From contig SMSO01000025.1 of the NCBI GenBank assembly GCA_004764695.1, forward strand, positions 2,170,001-2,234,000: 64,000 nt of DNA, given 5' to 3'. The translations under genes and the position numbers were made by a program. This DNA is from Schizochytrium sp. TIO01 (lineage: Eukaryota; Protista; Bigyra: Labyrinthulomycetes). Positions within the stretch are counted from its first letter, which is position 1, and the number at the start of each line of letters is the position of its first letter. This document shows positions 47,306 through 57,796 of the stretch, in pieces. Below the pieces are notes generated by a model that was given only the letters and a program-made list of their open reading frames with translations, did not search any database and was not told the origin of the DNA.

Positions 47306-49040
47306 TCATGAAGGAGGCTTGGAGAATGTTGATGTAGATGATATCGCATTTGATGACCCAAGTCCAGTCTTTTTGTTCGCTCCCCTTCCCCCAATAGCAA
47401 CAGCATTAAGGGGAGTGGTGATACCTTGGGCACGTGCCCCTGCACCTGCACCATGTATCCAGCCCATTTTCAAAAGCAATTGTGATCCCTTACTCGAGGC
47501 TGGAATCGGCGCCTCGACCGGGGGAGACGATGTGGGAGGCGTCACTGGAACAGGACGCTGGTCAGAATTATGCGTAGAAGATCTTGACGAACTGTGCATC
47601 TGCGAAGTCTTCAGGTTTTGCTTGTGTAATATAGACCGGAGCTCGTGGCGTTGCAATTTCTCTCCTGAAGGAAATTTGCGGAGGCACAACATGCAAACGT
47701 GCGGAGGCTTGGGAACTATTGTAACTCTCTGAGAATCGGGGATATCTTTTCGAGCAAATTCCGACACGTATTGGTGGTCGCTAGCCGATGCTCCCTTTTT
47801 CCGATTTAACCTTCCTACCGCCGTATTTTTGGCTAGTTCAAGTCGAATTGGCGGAGCTTGCGCCAGCACCATTTCATTTGGTGATCCTTTTGTTATTGAC
47901 GAGTAAGACTTGCTCAACATATTCTTTTCTCCACAAGATCCAGCTTGCAACTTTGGGTTGTCCTGGTCAAATTGTAGTTTAGGTTGTAGCGGTTGGTCAT
48001 ATGGTGCATATTTCGTTGTATAATCTGCTCCATTATTATACACGTTCGTTAGGGGAGGCGGGGCTGAGCTTGATGGGAGTGTATGCAAAGCTGATGATGA
48101 TGTCTGCTCAATAGTCGAGTTAAACCAAGTTTGGTGAGATAGACCCTGAGAATCCATCAATTCAGGTGGGGGTCTTGCGAGAACTACAGAAATATCCCCT
48201 TTTATATTGACAAGCCCTTTATTTGCAGAGGCACAGTTTAAGGCTGTTTGTGCCCCATCTGCGCTGGAAAACTCTACGTAAGCTGTAGGCCCTGCTGCTT
48301 GTAAGCTTTTGATTGGTGCGAAGCGTTGCATCGCACGTTTCAAATCCTTTTGGGTCAAAGACCTAGGAATGCCAGACAAGCGTAGCATTTTACTTGCACC
48401 TTGAATGTGAGCTGACTCTTTTACTGTAGCATCCGTGCGCAACTCTGAGAAAGTGGTGTTGGACGATATTACCGATGCCGACCTTGATCTCGCAAATGCT
48501 GAGTCCAGTGAATGTTCCTATGTTATTCAGTGCAACGTGAGCGTTCACACAATACATGCAATTGAATTCATCGCAAGAGTCGTGTTACATCTCCCATTGT
48601 TCAATGCTGTTAGTCAATCCGTTTCTGGTATATTGCCCTCTTATGCCAAGTTCAACTCAAAGCGACCTGTTTTCAAGCTTTTTATTTTGTTCTTGCTCAT
48701 GAAAAATGTCTCCTCTATGCTTGTCATTACAAGTGTTACGCAAATGACATCATGAATTGCTATGAGGGCTTTCTTGTGTGTTTGTCAGTACCTCGATGGT
48801 CCTTGGTTTTATGTTCTGTGGCTCTTGACGCGAAGCAGAGTCGTCAAGACGCAGTGGTGTCCACATGCTCTCATCTAGCTGCTCCTTCCGCAGACGCTTT
48901 CGCTCTGCTCGGCTTCGGCGGCCTTGCGAAGGAGGGATGTTGCTTTCTGCACTCTCGACCGACTGTGCATCGCGCCCATGCTTCATTGTCTCGCTATCTC
49001 GGACCTTGAGACTTTGCCAGAGACCTTCGTGTTCATTCAT
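47306..49040 (-). CDS. RRM + C2H2 zinc finger + G-patch RNA-binding protein (RBM5/RBM10-like architecture; probably 2 exons)
   Basis: Proposed exons 49040-48792 and 48517-47306, with a phase-0 intron GTACTG..CATAG. RRM: 'LRLSGIPRSLTQKDL..AYVEF'. Zn finger: 'CMLCLRKFPSGEKLQRHELRSILHKQNL'. G-patch: 'SKGSQLLLKMGWIHGAGAG..QGITTPL..GLG'. The first exon is less certain. Confidence 0.75.
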
Positions 49041-49710
49041 TATTTTCTTGTAGATTGAAAAAAACAACAGAGAAAAAGCTGCAAATACCTAGCTAGAGAT
49101 AAGACTAAATAGTGTTATTGGAAGATTAATACATTAATTTGAAAAACTTAAATACGTTAGCTTGTGTCGAAATGTTCTGTTGATGTCAACAAAGATCGAG
49201 GAAGGCATACTTTTCAAAGAAGCTTATACGTTTTGATAACTTAGACTAAGAAGGATACACGAATTTGTAATAGCAATAAAAGTAATCAGAAATTCCTGTG
49301 CGTTTTTGTGGTTCTTGGCTTTGGCTTCATACATTGTTTTTTTACCTTTTTTAAGATCCAGTCGAAGATTGATGGTTTTTAAGACTACCATATTTCCAAA
49401 ATATAGTTGCATGATCTTTGATCTTGCTTATAATAATAAGTGTTGTTTTTAAAGATATGCACAAGAACCGAAACTAGAATTGAAAGCAAAAGGTTGAGCT
49501 AGCAGCCTGAGTAAACGCAATCCAACTAAAGAAAGAGAAAATAAGCCCTCAGAAAGCGGGGCAGAAAATATATTGATTACTTAGATGAAAGCCACAGATG
49601 TGGCGAGAATAAATTATGTATCTATGTCCAACGCATGAACCCCGCTAACGAGAGGAGAATCAGCATCCAACGAAACAGAAAAGCTAGAAATGCGCGATCT
49701 TGACAGTGAC

Positions 49711-52011
49711 TTAACCAAACATCACACCGGTGGCGGAGTCTCCTTCCTCCTTTAGCTTGCTGAGAGAAAGCTTCAGCTCAGAATCAAGGCGCTGAAGAAT
49801 GACCTCGTTCTCCAGGTTCTCGTTCCAGAACTTGACGAAGTCGGCCTCGTAAATTCGACCTTGAGAAGCACCAGGGATTTTACGGAAGAGTTCACGCATT
49901 TCAGCAGGAGAACCCACGTCAAACCCAAGGACCTTGGCAGCATTTTCCATTTCAATCTGGTCAACGTACCCGTTGCCATCGTAGTCAAGTGACTGGAAAA
50001 GTGCAGAAAGATCTGTAAGGGTCACGCGATCGCTCTTGTCTGGGTGAGGACCGCCGAATTCACTAAGGAAAGCCATAGCATCATCAAGTTGTTTCTTACA
50101 TTCAGCCTCGTCCCAATCAAGAAGTTCACCCATGAGCTCGGTGACACGAGGGGCGGCAAATTTGGCTGCCTCAGAGTTGAGAAAGGCAAGACGCGTGCGG
50201 ATTGTCAGCATATCCCGTACAGTGCGGACATACTCATTGCGCACAGAGTATTCAATTTCAGATTCAAGGTAAGGGTAGTTCTCTACAAGACGTACACCAA
50301 ATCGGGGCCAGCTCTTGTCTGTAGGACGGACAAGCTTGCAGACGTCCCAGGCACGGACACCGTAGGTACGTGCGAGATGGCGTGCGACTTCTTCAGAAAT
50401 GCTGTAATGCTGAATAAGCTCGACAAAGAGGTCTTCCTTGTACCCTTCGCCACCAATGAACTTGATCTTCTTGGTTTTACAAGGCCCTGCACGAGCAGCC
50501 AATTCTGGAGACTCCTCAAGAACTCTGTTCACAACATCCTCCGCCATCTCTCGAGACGTAGTCCACTTTCCGCCTACAAGGAAAAGAACTTTGGTGTCCG
50601 GGTTTACAGAGATGGTGTGATCACGACTTGCGGGTGCTCCGGGCGGAGCATGGGGATCCACAGCCAATGGGCGCCAGCCACGCCACGCCGAGAGCACATC
50701 TGAGCGGCGCACTCGAAGGTCTGGGCTAAGATATTTCTTCACTTCGTTGAGAATCCACTGGATTTCCTCCTCGGGAGCATTTGGGGTGCTAGAGGGGTCA
50801 CCCTTGCGATCGGTAGTGCCAACAACAGTGCTACCTTGCCACGGTAAAAAGAACAAAAATCTGCCATCACTAGTGTTGATGTCAAGGAGGCCCATCTCAG
50901 GTGTAGAAAAGTATCCAGGAAGTACCAGGTGGGTTCCAGCAGCACCTCGCACAGCTGGAGTGGCATCCGGGTTCTCGAGGTTGCGAAGCTGGTCAGTAAA
51001 GGGTCCACCAGCAAGTACCACCTTCTTAGCGTGAATAGGAAAGGCCTCGCCAGAAATTTCATCGCGTACAAGCACGCCAGTGACGCGACCAGTGTCATTA
51101 GGATCTTCTTTCAACATCTCAGTGACAGTCATGTAGTTGGCAATGTTGGCGCCTTGCTCAGCCGCCGTCATAGCCATAGCAACACAGGTTCGTGCGTCAT
51201 TATGCTGGCCTTCGTAGAAGACCTGGGTGTACTTCATACGGGCACTGTCGAGCTGTGGAAAACGTTCACGAGCACGTCGAGTAGACATGATATAGCTCGG
51301 TGGACAGGTAAAGCCGCAGAGTGAGTCGTAAAACTTGAAGACGCCCGGCAGAAGCATTCCTGCAAACGCAAAGAGTGGGTGGCCCATCGGGGGTGGCCAC
51401 GAAACCCAGCGATCGATTGGGACGGCGATTGCAATCCAATTGGTCAAATGAGGCTGGGTCTCAAGAAAGTACTTGCGTTCACGCTGAGCGCCCATAACCA
51501 TTTTGATCTCGCTTACGAAGTTCTTCATGGACTGCATAGGGCTGGTCAGCGTCTGCCTTGAGAGTAACGCTGCAACAGCTGTGCCCAAGTACCGGACACC
51601 AGCCCAGATCAGTTTGGTGCTTCTTGAGCTGGTTTCACCAGAGAAATCTTGACGTTCTACAAGAGCTGTTGAAAGTCCTCGTGAAGCAGCGTCCAACGCG
51701 GTCGCACACCCAGTGGCACCACCACCCACGACAAGAACGTCGTAGACTTTAGCATTCTTGAGCGCTTGCACTTGGGCCTCGCGCGATCGGATGCTTTCGG
51801 GCACTCCACTAAGGCTTCCAATTTGAGGCTTGGGTTTTAACGTTGACTTCGACATACGTCTAACTCCGAACATGGAGTGTAGATTTTGCACATCCTCGAG
51901 GCCATTGTATCTCAAGGCTCCCGAGCCTGCATTTGCGCCTCGGATAGTTTGGCGAAGACTCTGTTGGTTCCCGCGTCGCAGGAACCGCACCACCAGTAGG
52001 GAATTGCTCAT
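49711..52011 (-). CDS. GPD2: Mitochondrial FAD-dependent glycerol-3-phosphate dehydrogenase with C-terminal EF-hand
   Basis: First ATG is 52011, with an Arg-rich presequence. Motifs: 'DVLVVGGGATGCATALDAASRGL..ERQDFSGETSSRSTKLIWAGVRYL', 'GQHNDAR', 'GPFTDQLR', 'DGRFLFFLPW', 'SRDH', 'GGKWTT', 'RTRLAFLN'; EF loop 'DYDGNGYVDQIE'. Confidence 0.95.
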   Translation of the reverse strand: MSNSLLVVRFLRRGNQQSLRQTIRGANAGSGALRYNGLEDVQNLHSMFGVRRMSKSTLKPKPQIGSLSGVPESIRSREAQVQALKNAKVYDVLVVGGGATGCATALDAASRGLSTALVERQDFSGETSSRSTKLIWAGVRYLGTAVAALLSRQTLTSPMQSMKNFVSEIKMVMGAQRERKYFLETQPHLTNWIAIAVPIDRWVSWPPPMGHPLFAFAGMLLPGVFKFYDSLCGFTCPPSYIMSTRRARERFPQLDSARMKYTQVFYEGQHNDARTCVAMAMTAAEQGANIANYMTVTEMLKEDPNDTGRVTGVLVRDEISGEAFPIHAKKVVLAGGPFTDQLRNLENPDATPAVRGAAGTHLVLPGYFSTPEMGLLDINTSDGRFLFFLPWQGSTVVGTTDRKGDPSSTPNAPEEEIQWILNEVKKYLSPDLRVRRSDVLSAWRGWRPLAVDPHAPPGAPASRDHTISVNPDTKVLFLVGGKWTTSREMAEDVVNRVLEESPELAARAGPCKTKKIKFIGGEGYKEDLFVELIQHYSISEEVARHLARTYGVRAWDVCKLVRPTDKSWPRFGVRLVENYPYLESEIEYSVRNEYVRTVRDMLTIRTRLAFLNSEAAKFAAPRVTELMGELLDWDEAECKKQLDDAMAFLSEFGGPHPDKSDRVTLTDLSALFQSLDYDGNGYVDQIEMENAAKVLGFDVGSPAEMRELFRKIPGASQGRIYEADFVKFWNENLENEVILQRLDSELKLSLSKLKEEGDSATGVMFG

Positions 52012-52483
52012 CTTCAGTGCAGAGGCAACGCCTACTGCGGGACTCCAGGGGCGCTGCTCTACGACAATCGAAAGGCTCGCAGTCACTCCAGTCTCGGCAC
52101 TCAGCTCTGAGATGGTCTACAGCACCACCACGTATCTAGTGCTGCAATTCGGGTTTTCCTTGCGCCTCGTTCTTTCGGATTCTGCTCATCGATAATCTTT
52201 TTACATGAAAATCCATTCCTTCCCCATTCTCAACTTTTTATTTCCTTCATCATAAAAATCCCAACGCATTCCTACCTTCTACCCTAGCAGTACCTACTCA
52301 TTCTAGTGCCGCCATCGATCGCCCTCCTAACAGTTACCCTTAGGCACGGGCATTTTTAGTTCTTTTTTTTAGCTTTTCTTTTTTCCTTTTCTTTATAGAT
52401 TTTATGAAACTTTTATAAAATGAAAGCACCATCTATTTTGTCGTCGAAGAATCCCCAAAAGCGATGATGACGGCTCTTCGAGT

Positions 52484-52628
52484 TATGTATGTATGTATGT
52501 ATGTATGTATGTATGTATGTATGTATGTATGTATGTATGTATGTATGTATGTATGTATGTATGTATGTATGTATGTATGTATGTATGTATGTATGTATGT
52601 ATGTATGTATGTATGTATGTATGTATGT
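52484..52628 (+). repeat. (TATG)n microsatellite, about 36 units
   Basis: Read directly; it produces the spurious 'MYVC' and 'IHTY' ORFs. Confidence 0.95.
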
Positions 52629-54081
52629 GTGTTATATAGTGTCTGTCTTCAAACACAACACGCGCATCGACAATTCTATTTCGCTGACTCACTAACTCAC
52701 TTGTTCCTAAAACACAGAGCATCATCGCCCCGAGTTGCGACAAATAGTGACACTCACTCACTCATTCATTCACTCATTCATTCATTCACTCATTCATTCA
52801 TTTGCTGTGAGATCGCAGACCGAACTCAAGTCCTCTCCCAACTTGGTCAGCCTGAAAATAAATCTCCGCTGATCGACCTCGTCTGCCCAAAACTTTAATG
52901 TAGCGTCTACACCGCCAATGAAGTGGCGCTCCTCGCTTATTCAAAGCTTTACAAGTTCGTCAAGATTAACGAATGAATGAAATGAATGAAATGAATGAAC
53001 GAATGAATGAATGTTTTCGCGGTGCTTCACATACATCGCCCCCTGAGACCATAGCACAGGAACGTGCATGCTATGCTTTGCAGTTTCCGGTCAGAGTGTT
53101 GCAGAGCTCATCCACTCTGCGCATGTCTGAGTTGGATGGATGGCCTTCCACCTCTTCGCCTCTTGGTTCTTGCATGCAAAAGAAGAGGCCATTTGCGTGC
53201 CCTTATGTACGCGTCGCACGCATAAACGCAATGCGTCCATGTGTAAATAATGTGCTGATCTCTTCATGGGTTCACAAGTGCGTATGCATTCGCTTCCTCG
53301 AACTTGTCGCATAATTGGTTTAGCATTTTGGAGCTTCTGTCTGATCTGCGCAGAGAAGTTTCACTTCCGCCACTTTTCCTCTTCCACCTTCATCGACACC
53401 GATCTGAGCCGCAAAGTCCGTTGCGGGCCTCGCAGAACCCGCCGCCCGCGGCAGTCCTGTCACAGCGGCCTCGGCCCGAGCTGCTGCACTGCGACCTCCT
53501 CGTCTCGTCTCGTCTCGTCTCGGCTCGGCTCGTAGACCGCCCTTGCGAGCGCGAGGCAGAGGTGGTTTCATGCCGCGTCGACCGAGGTTTTGTGGCGAAC
53601 GGAAGCGGTGACGCGACAGACCTCGGGCCCGGCGGGCTCGTCATCCGGAGCCCGCGACGTCGACGCGGCGGCGGCCTCACGCAGAGCAGGCGAGGCGTGC
53701 TCAAAGGTCTCCGACTGTCTGCTCCGCTAGTCTCGCCGTCGCCAGTGACCCGTCTGCGAGCTGGAGTTGCCAAGCTTCTGCTTGCGTCAGCAGGGAGTAC
53801 AGCGGAGAAAGAAGGACCTCACTCGCAACTGGGCAACAGCAGGAATCACAGTCCGTGAATCGTGAAGGGGTATCTTTTGAGTCCCTGACTGCGGCTTCTG
53901 AGGGCAGGAAGGAAGGCAAACGTACGAATCTTGGCGGGTTTGGCAGATTTATTTGGAAACAAAGGCCCTGAGGAGCTGATTTCTGAAGGTGTATGTTATA
54001 CTGAGTTTAATCTGAGCCTTTTAGGTGCCACGAAAAGGATCCAACTTTTGGTTGTCCAGAATTGTCTCTGAAGAAACGGAG

Positions 54082-55038
54082 ATGGGAGAGAAATATGTGC
54101 TTGGCAGGCCGCTTGGCGGTGGCACGTTCGGAGCAGTCTTTGTAGCACAACGCAAGTCAGATGAATGTCTTGTGGCTGTGAAGAAGGTTGGCTTATCAGC
54201 AACTGATTGGGTCCCGAGTGCTGCGATGAGAGAAGTGCTGAGCCTAAGACTTGCGGGACGGCACGGTAATGTTGTGGAACTCCTCGATGTCTATGCCCAT
54301 GGACTGAGTATGTGTCTTGTGATGGAGCTTGCTGAGGTCGATTTAGACGAGTTAATAGAGGCAAACTCTGGACTGGAGCTTTCGCGTGATGAAGCCGTTG
54401 TAAAGTACCTGACACGAGAAATTCTCCAGGGTCTCAACTACCTGCATGGATTAGGAATCATGCATCGAGACGTCAAACCATCAAATATATTGCTTTGGAG
54501 AGACGGTAGAGTGAAACTCGGTGATTTCGGGCTTGCTAGAAGCTTTCGCTATCAGGATGGGCGCACATACAGCCACCAAATTATGACACGATGGTTCAGG
54601 GCACCTGAGGTCCTTTTCGGATCTCGTAGATATGATGCAACTGTTGATGTATGGGCTGTGGGAGTCATTATCGCAACTTTTGCAAACCACTGTAAGACGG
54701 TCTTTCCAGGTGATAATGATATTGATCAGATCTCTTGCATTGCAGAAATTATAGGTTCTCACCCTTGGACTGCAGAAAACATTGCATTTGTGCCGGATGT
54801 TGACAAACTCATCTTTCCCAAACGCAAACGTGTTTTTTTGGAAAAGTTTTCCAAGCAGAATCTCGCTTCGCCTGCGTTACTCAAGCTAGCTGACGAGATC
54901 CTGCAATATGAAAATCGTCCTTCTGCTCAAGAATGTCTGGGAAACGAATGTTTTAAGACTGGTCCTTTGCCATCATTCGCTTTCAAAGCCATGATTTGGC
55001 CTAGGAGTAAGACCAAAGATGCAGCGCGTGGCACTTAA
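54082..55038 (+). CDS. CDK20: Cyclin-dependent kinase-like Ser/Thr kinase, closest by motif to CDK20/CCRK
   Basis: First ATG is 54082. Motifs: 'LGGGTFGAV', 'VAVKK', 'VPSAAMREV', 'IMHRDVKPSNILL', 'KLGDFGLAR', 'TYSHQIMTRWFRAPEVLFGSRRY', 'FPGDNDIDQ', 'PDVDKLIF'. The kinase call is certain; the subfamily call is moderate. Confidence 0.75.
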   Translation: MGEKYVLGRPLGGGTFGAVFVAQRKSDECLVAVKKVGLSATDWVPSAAMREVLSLRLAGRHGNVVELLDVYAHGLSMCLVMELAEVDLDELIEANSGLELSRDEAVVKYLTREILQGLNYLHGLGIMHRDVKPSNILLWRDGRVKLGDFGLARSFRYQDGRTYSHQIMTRWFRAPEVLFGSRRYDATVDVWAVGVIIATFANHCKTVFPGDNDIDQISCIAEIIGSHPWTAENIAFVPDVDKLIFPKRKRVFLEKFSKQNLASPALLKLADEILQYENRPSAQECLGNECFKTGPLPSFAFKAMIWPRSKTKDAARGT

Positions 55039-55184
55039 AATGGTATCTACTTTTGCTTACTCTGTATACGATTTTGACATCTATTGTAATGTCTCGTTTG
55101 CCAAAGTGTATAATGCAGCTCACAATAACATTCTTCTTTTTAAAGTAGTATATCTAACTACAACAACCGTTGTACATCATTAAT

Positions 55185-56939
55185 TCATGTTTTATCATTT
55201 GCTTCTAAAAGAGTAGGATTCATGTCGTCCACACCAGGACCTTGCCTTGGACGTAGACGCCGTAACCGCGACTCAGAGCTGCCTTGTCCATGGCCGCAAA
55301 TAGCCTTTATGGATGGTAGTCGTCGAGACTGATGCCCAGAGAGACTTGGATCTAGTCGCAACAACATTCCAGGATCCAGCGTGACGCATAACGCCATATC
55401 CATCTCACATCGAGCTGTATTATATAATTTGCTTAGCTCTGTAGTGCGAGCATATTGTTGTTTACGTCTCAAACTCTCTCGCATTGCCATGCTGTCCTGT
55501 ACAGCAAAATCACTCGTTCGAAATTGCGAGCTAGGCCCAAAGTTGTATTCTTGAACTTCTTCTGTAAATTGAACTCCGGTGCCTCTTGTGGTGCCTTCGT
55601 GCTCTAACGTGTTTAACGAAGTAACAGGGAAGGAATCCTTACTGATGGTTGATCGGTTAGTACTGTCTGCTGCTAATTTGGCGCATCGCGCAATTTCGGC
55701 CATTGTGTTACGATAGACTGAAAAAAAGAAAATATCTGTCAAAACACGCAACGCAAATAGTGTTTGCGCATTTCGACTTTTACGAAAACTTTTTTGCAAG
55801 CCCTCTCTACATGCATGTGCTACAGGAAGACCGGTTGAAACACCCATTTTGGCAATTTCAGTTGAATTAAATTTGCTTAAAACAACCTGCTGAAGTATAA
55901 ACATGCATGCATGTTTGAGAACTCCAACAATTGCCTGTGGCTGATTGATTGTATTCAATTTTTCGTGAAGACATAAGTCATTCAAGATAGCACACAATTG
56001 CCCTAAAGTCTCGCTTTGTTGGGCAAAGACTTCACGGAATGGAGTTGAAAGTTCTTGCAACATACGAGCATTGATAATGCTGACAGTATTTGTTGGGACA
56101 TCTGTCGTCTGCAAGCGGCTTCTGGGCATTGTAAGCACGATGGACTGGGCGCCATTTGCTTCGTCCAGTGCAGCCAGGTCTGACTTCATGTCTTCGATAC
56201 TTGTAAAGCGAAGCTTCATAATCACAGCAGGTTGCTGCGTTCCACTTTGGCTCATCGTTGAATCGCGCAGCTCATCTCTATCTGCACGATTAACAACAGG
56301 CTCGACACTTTCTTCACACAATCCATGGTCCAAAAACGCCAAAGTATCTTCTATGTTCTCTGTCCGTTCCATAGCAGCTACCGTCCTGTGCTTGCGTGCC
56401 CTACCATTTCGACCATACCGCGTTGCCTGTGGTCGAGCATATCGTTGTGCCTTAAGCTTTTCCAGGTGCTCCTGTTCTTGACGAACTAGTGCAGCATTCA
56501 CGATAGCAAAGTCTGCTGGCCTTCTTTTCATTGATTCATCTCCAAGACCCGTCGCATGTGATCCTGTATTTGATCCCGATACAGTATCGTCTTCTTGTAC
56601 GTCATTGTCGCAGCTTTGATTTGGAAAGTTTGGAGCAATGTAAAGGCAATCATGGACCGATCCTCTTGATTTCCATGCAGCAGATACTTTGCAATTTTTG
56701 TCGATACCCATTTCTTTCTCAACAAGAGCAATATTCTGAGCTGTTGGAACCGCTCCAATCTCTTCGAGATACTTGACAGGATACTCTTTACGCACACCTT
56801 GTTTCAACGCCTCGAGGACATTTGTAGGCTTCTCATGAGGGTGCAAAGATACGGCTACAATGAAATGTCTTGACGTTGCACGCAGACTTTCTTGCTCCTG
56901 CCCAGGTGCAAAGCCTTTCTTATGGTGCCAGGAAGACAT
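55185..56939 (-). CDS. Hypothetical protein (584 aa)
   Basis: Long ATG-initiated ORF with a predicted helical central region; no family recognised. Confidence 0.7.
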   Translation of the reverse strand: MSSWHHKKGFAPGQEQESLRATSRHFIVAVSLHPHEKPTNVLEALKQGVRKEYPVKYLEEIGAVPTAQNIALVEKEMGIDKNCKVSAAWKSRGSVHDCLYIAPNFPNQSCDNDVQEDDTVSGSNTGSHATGLGDESMKRRPADFAIVNAALVRQEQEHLEKLKAQRYARPQATRYGRNGRARKHRTVAAMERTENIEDTLAFLDHGLCEESVEPVVNRADRDELRDSTMSQSGTQQPAVIMKLRFTSIEDMKSDLAALDEANGAQSIVLTMPRSRLQTTDVPTNTVSIINARMLQELSTPFREVFAQQSETLGQLCAILNDLCLHEKLNTINQPQAIVGVLKHACMFILQQVVLSKFNSTEIAKMGVSTGLPVAHACREGLQKSFRKSRNAQTLFALRVLTDIFFFSVYRNTMAEIARCAKLAADSTNRSTISKDSFPVTSLNTLEHEGTTRGTGVQFTEEVQEYNFGPSSQFRTSDFAVQDSMAMRESLRRKQQYARTTELSKLYNTARCEMDMALCVTLDPGMLLRLDPSLSGHQSRRLPSIKAICGHGQGSSESRLRRLRPRQGPGVDDMNPTLLEANDKT

Positions 56940-57796
56940 AATTCACGCGCAGTTGTTTGCTAACTCTAGACGTCAAGCTAGTCTTGGCAAGGCCAAGCCC
57001 CGTGCACTGCTGTCAGAGTCACCTTCTCTCCAAGTTTTGTAGCTACGAAGACACAAATCTTAGAGCTCGACACACGCTTTGCAAGCGTGAGATTGCAAAC
57101 AACCTCTTTTTATAAAAGATGACACGTCGGGCTTTACTTTCCAGCAACACATCACTGCGAAACGTGCCAAGCGCGGCTCCCAAGAGTCCAAAAGTGGACA
57201 ACCAATACCAAAGTTCTCACCGCGCTCGTGCCCAAGGTGTGCACCTGCATGGTCATGATAGCTTACTATGGAGGCAGCCAGTTCCAGGAGGTCGTCCTTG
57301 ACGACTCTAATAGTAGCTGCGTGTTTAAGTCTCACCAAGTCTGTTTTAGGTAGGTTAAAAAGACTAAATTATAGATACGTACCTTGTTTGCAATACGCTA
57401 GACTATGACGTAATTCCTTGATCATGACTATTCAGAGATTGCGTGAATTGAGTTTGTCCTTACCTACATCCCTGCATTTTCTCATTGTTACACACCCAGA
57501 CAGAAAGAGTGGTGACGACTTTAAATATTTACCTGTCAGGCACGCTTTTCAATTTCTATTTTCTTTCATGTAGACAAGCTAATACCGACCTGTTAACTGT
57601 GCTATCTCGTATGAAAATATAGAAATTGAATGACGAATATTGCGCCGGAGTACATCGTATAATACTTCGATCGTTTTGCAAAAAAGAAATAGCTTAAGAA
57701 AATATAAACTCTCATAATTAGCGATAAAATAAGTTGTTAGCAGAAATTGAATAGAAATGCTTTATTTAAGCTACAGAGATACTAGAGCGTCCCACC

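Noticed and set aside
52464-52898. MYVC/IHTY repeat ORFs
   Set aside because: Translation of (TATG)n.
37356-55038. A true Hedgehog/Wnt pathway cluster
   Set aside because: No ligand, Patched, Gli or Dishevelled gene in the window, and the receptor lacks KTxxxW; only the weaker ciliary-neighbourhood claim is kept.
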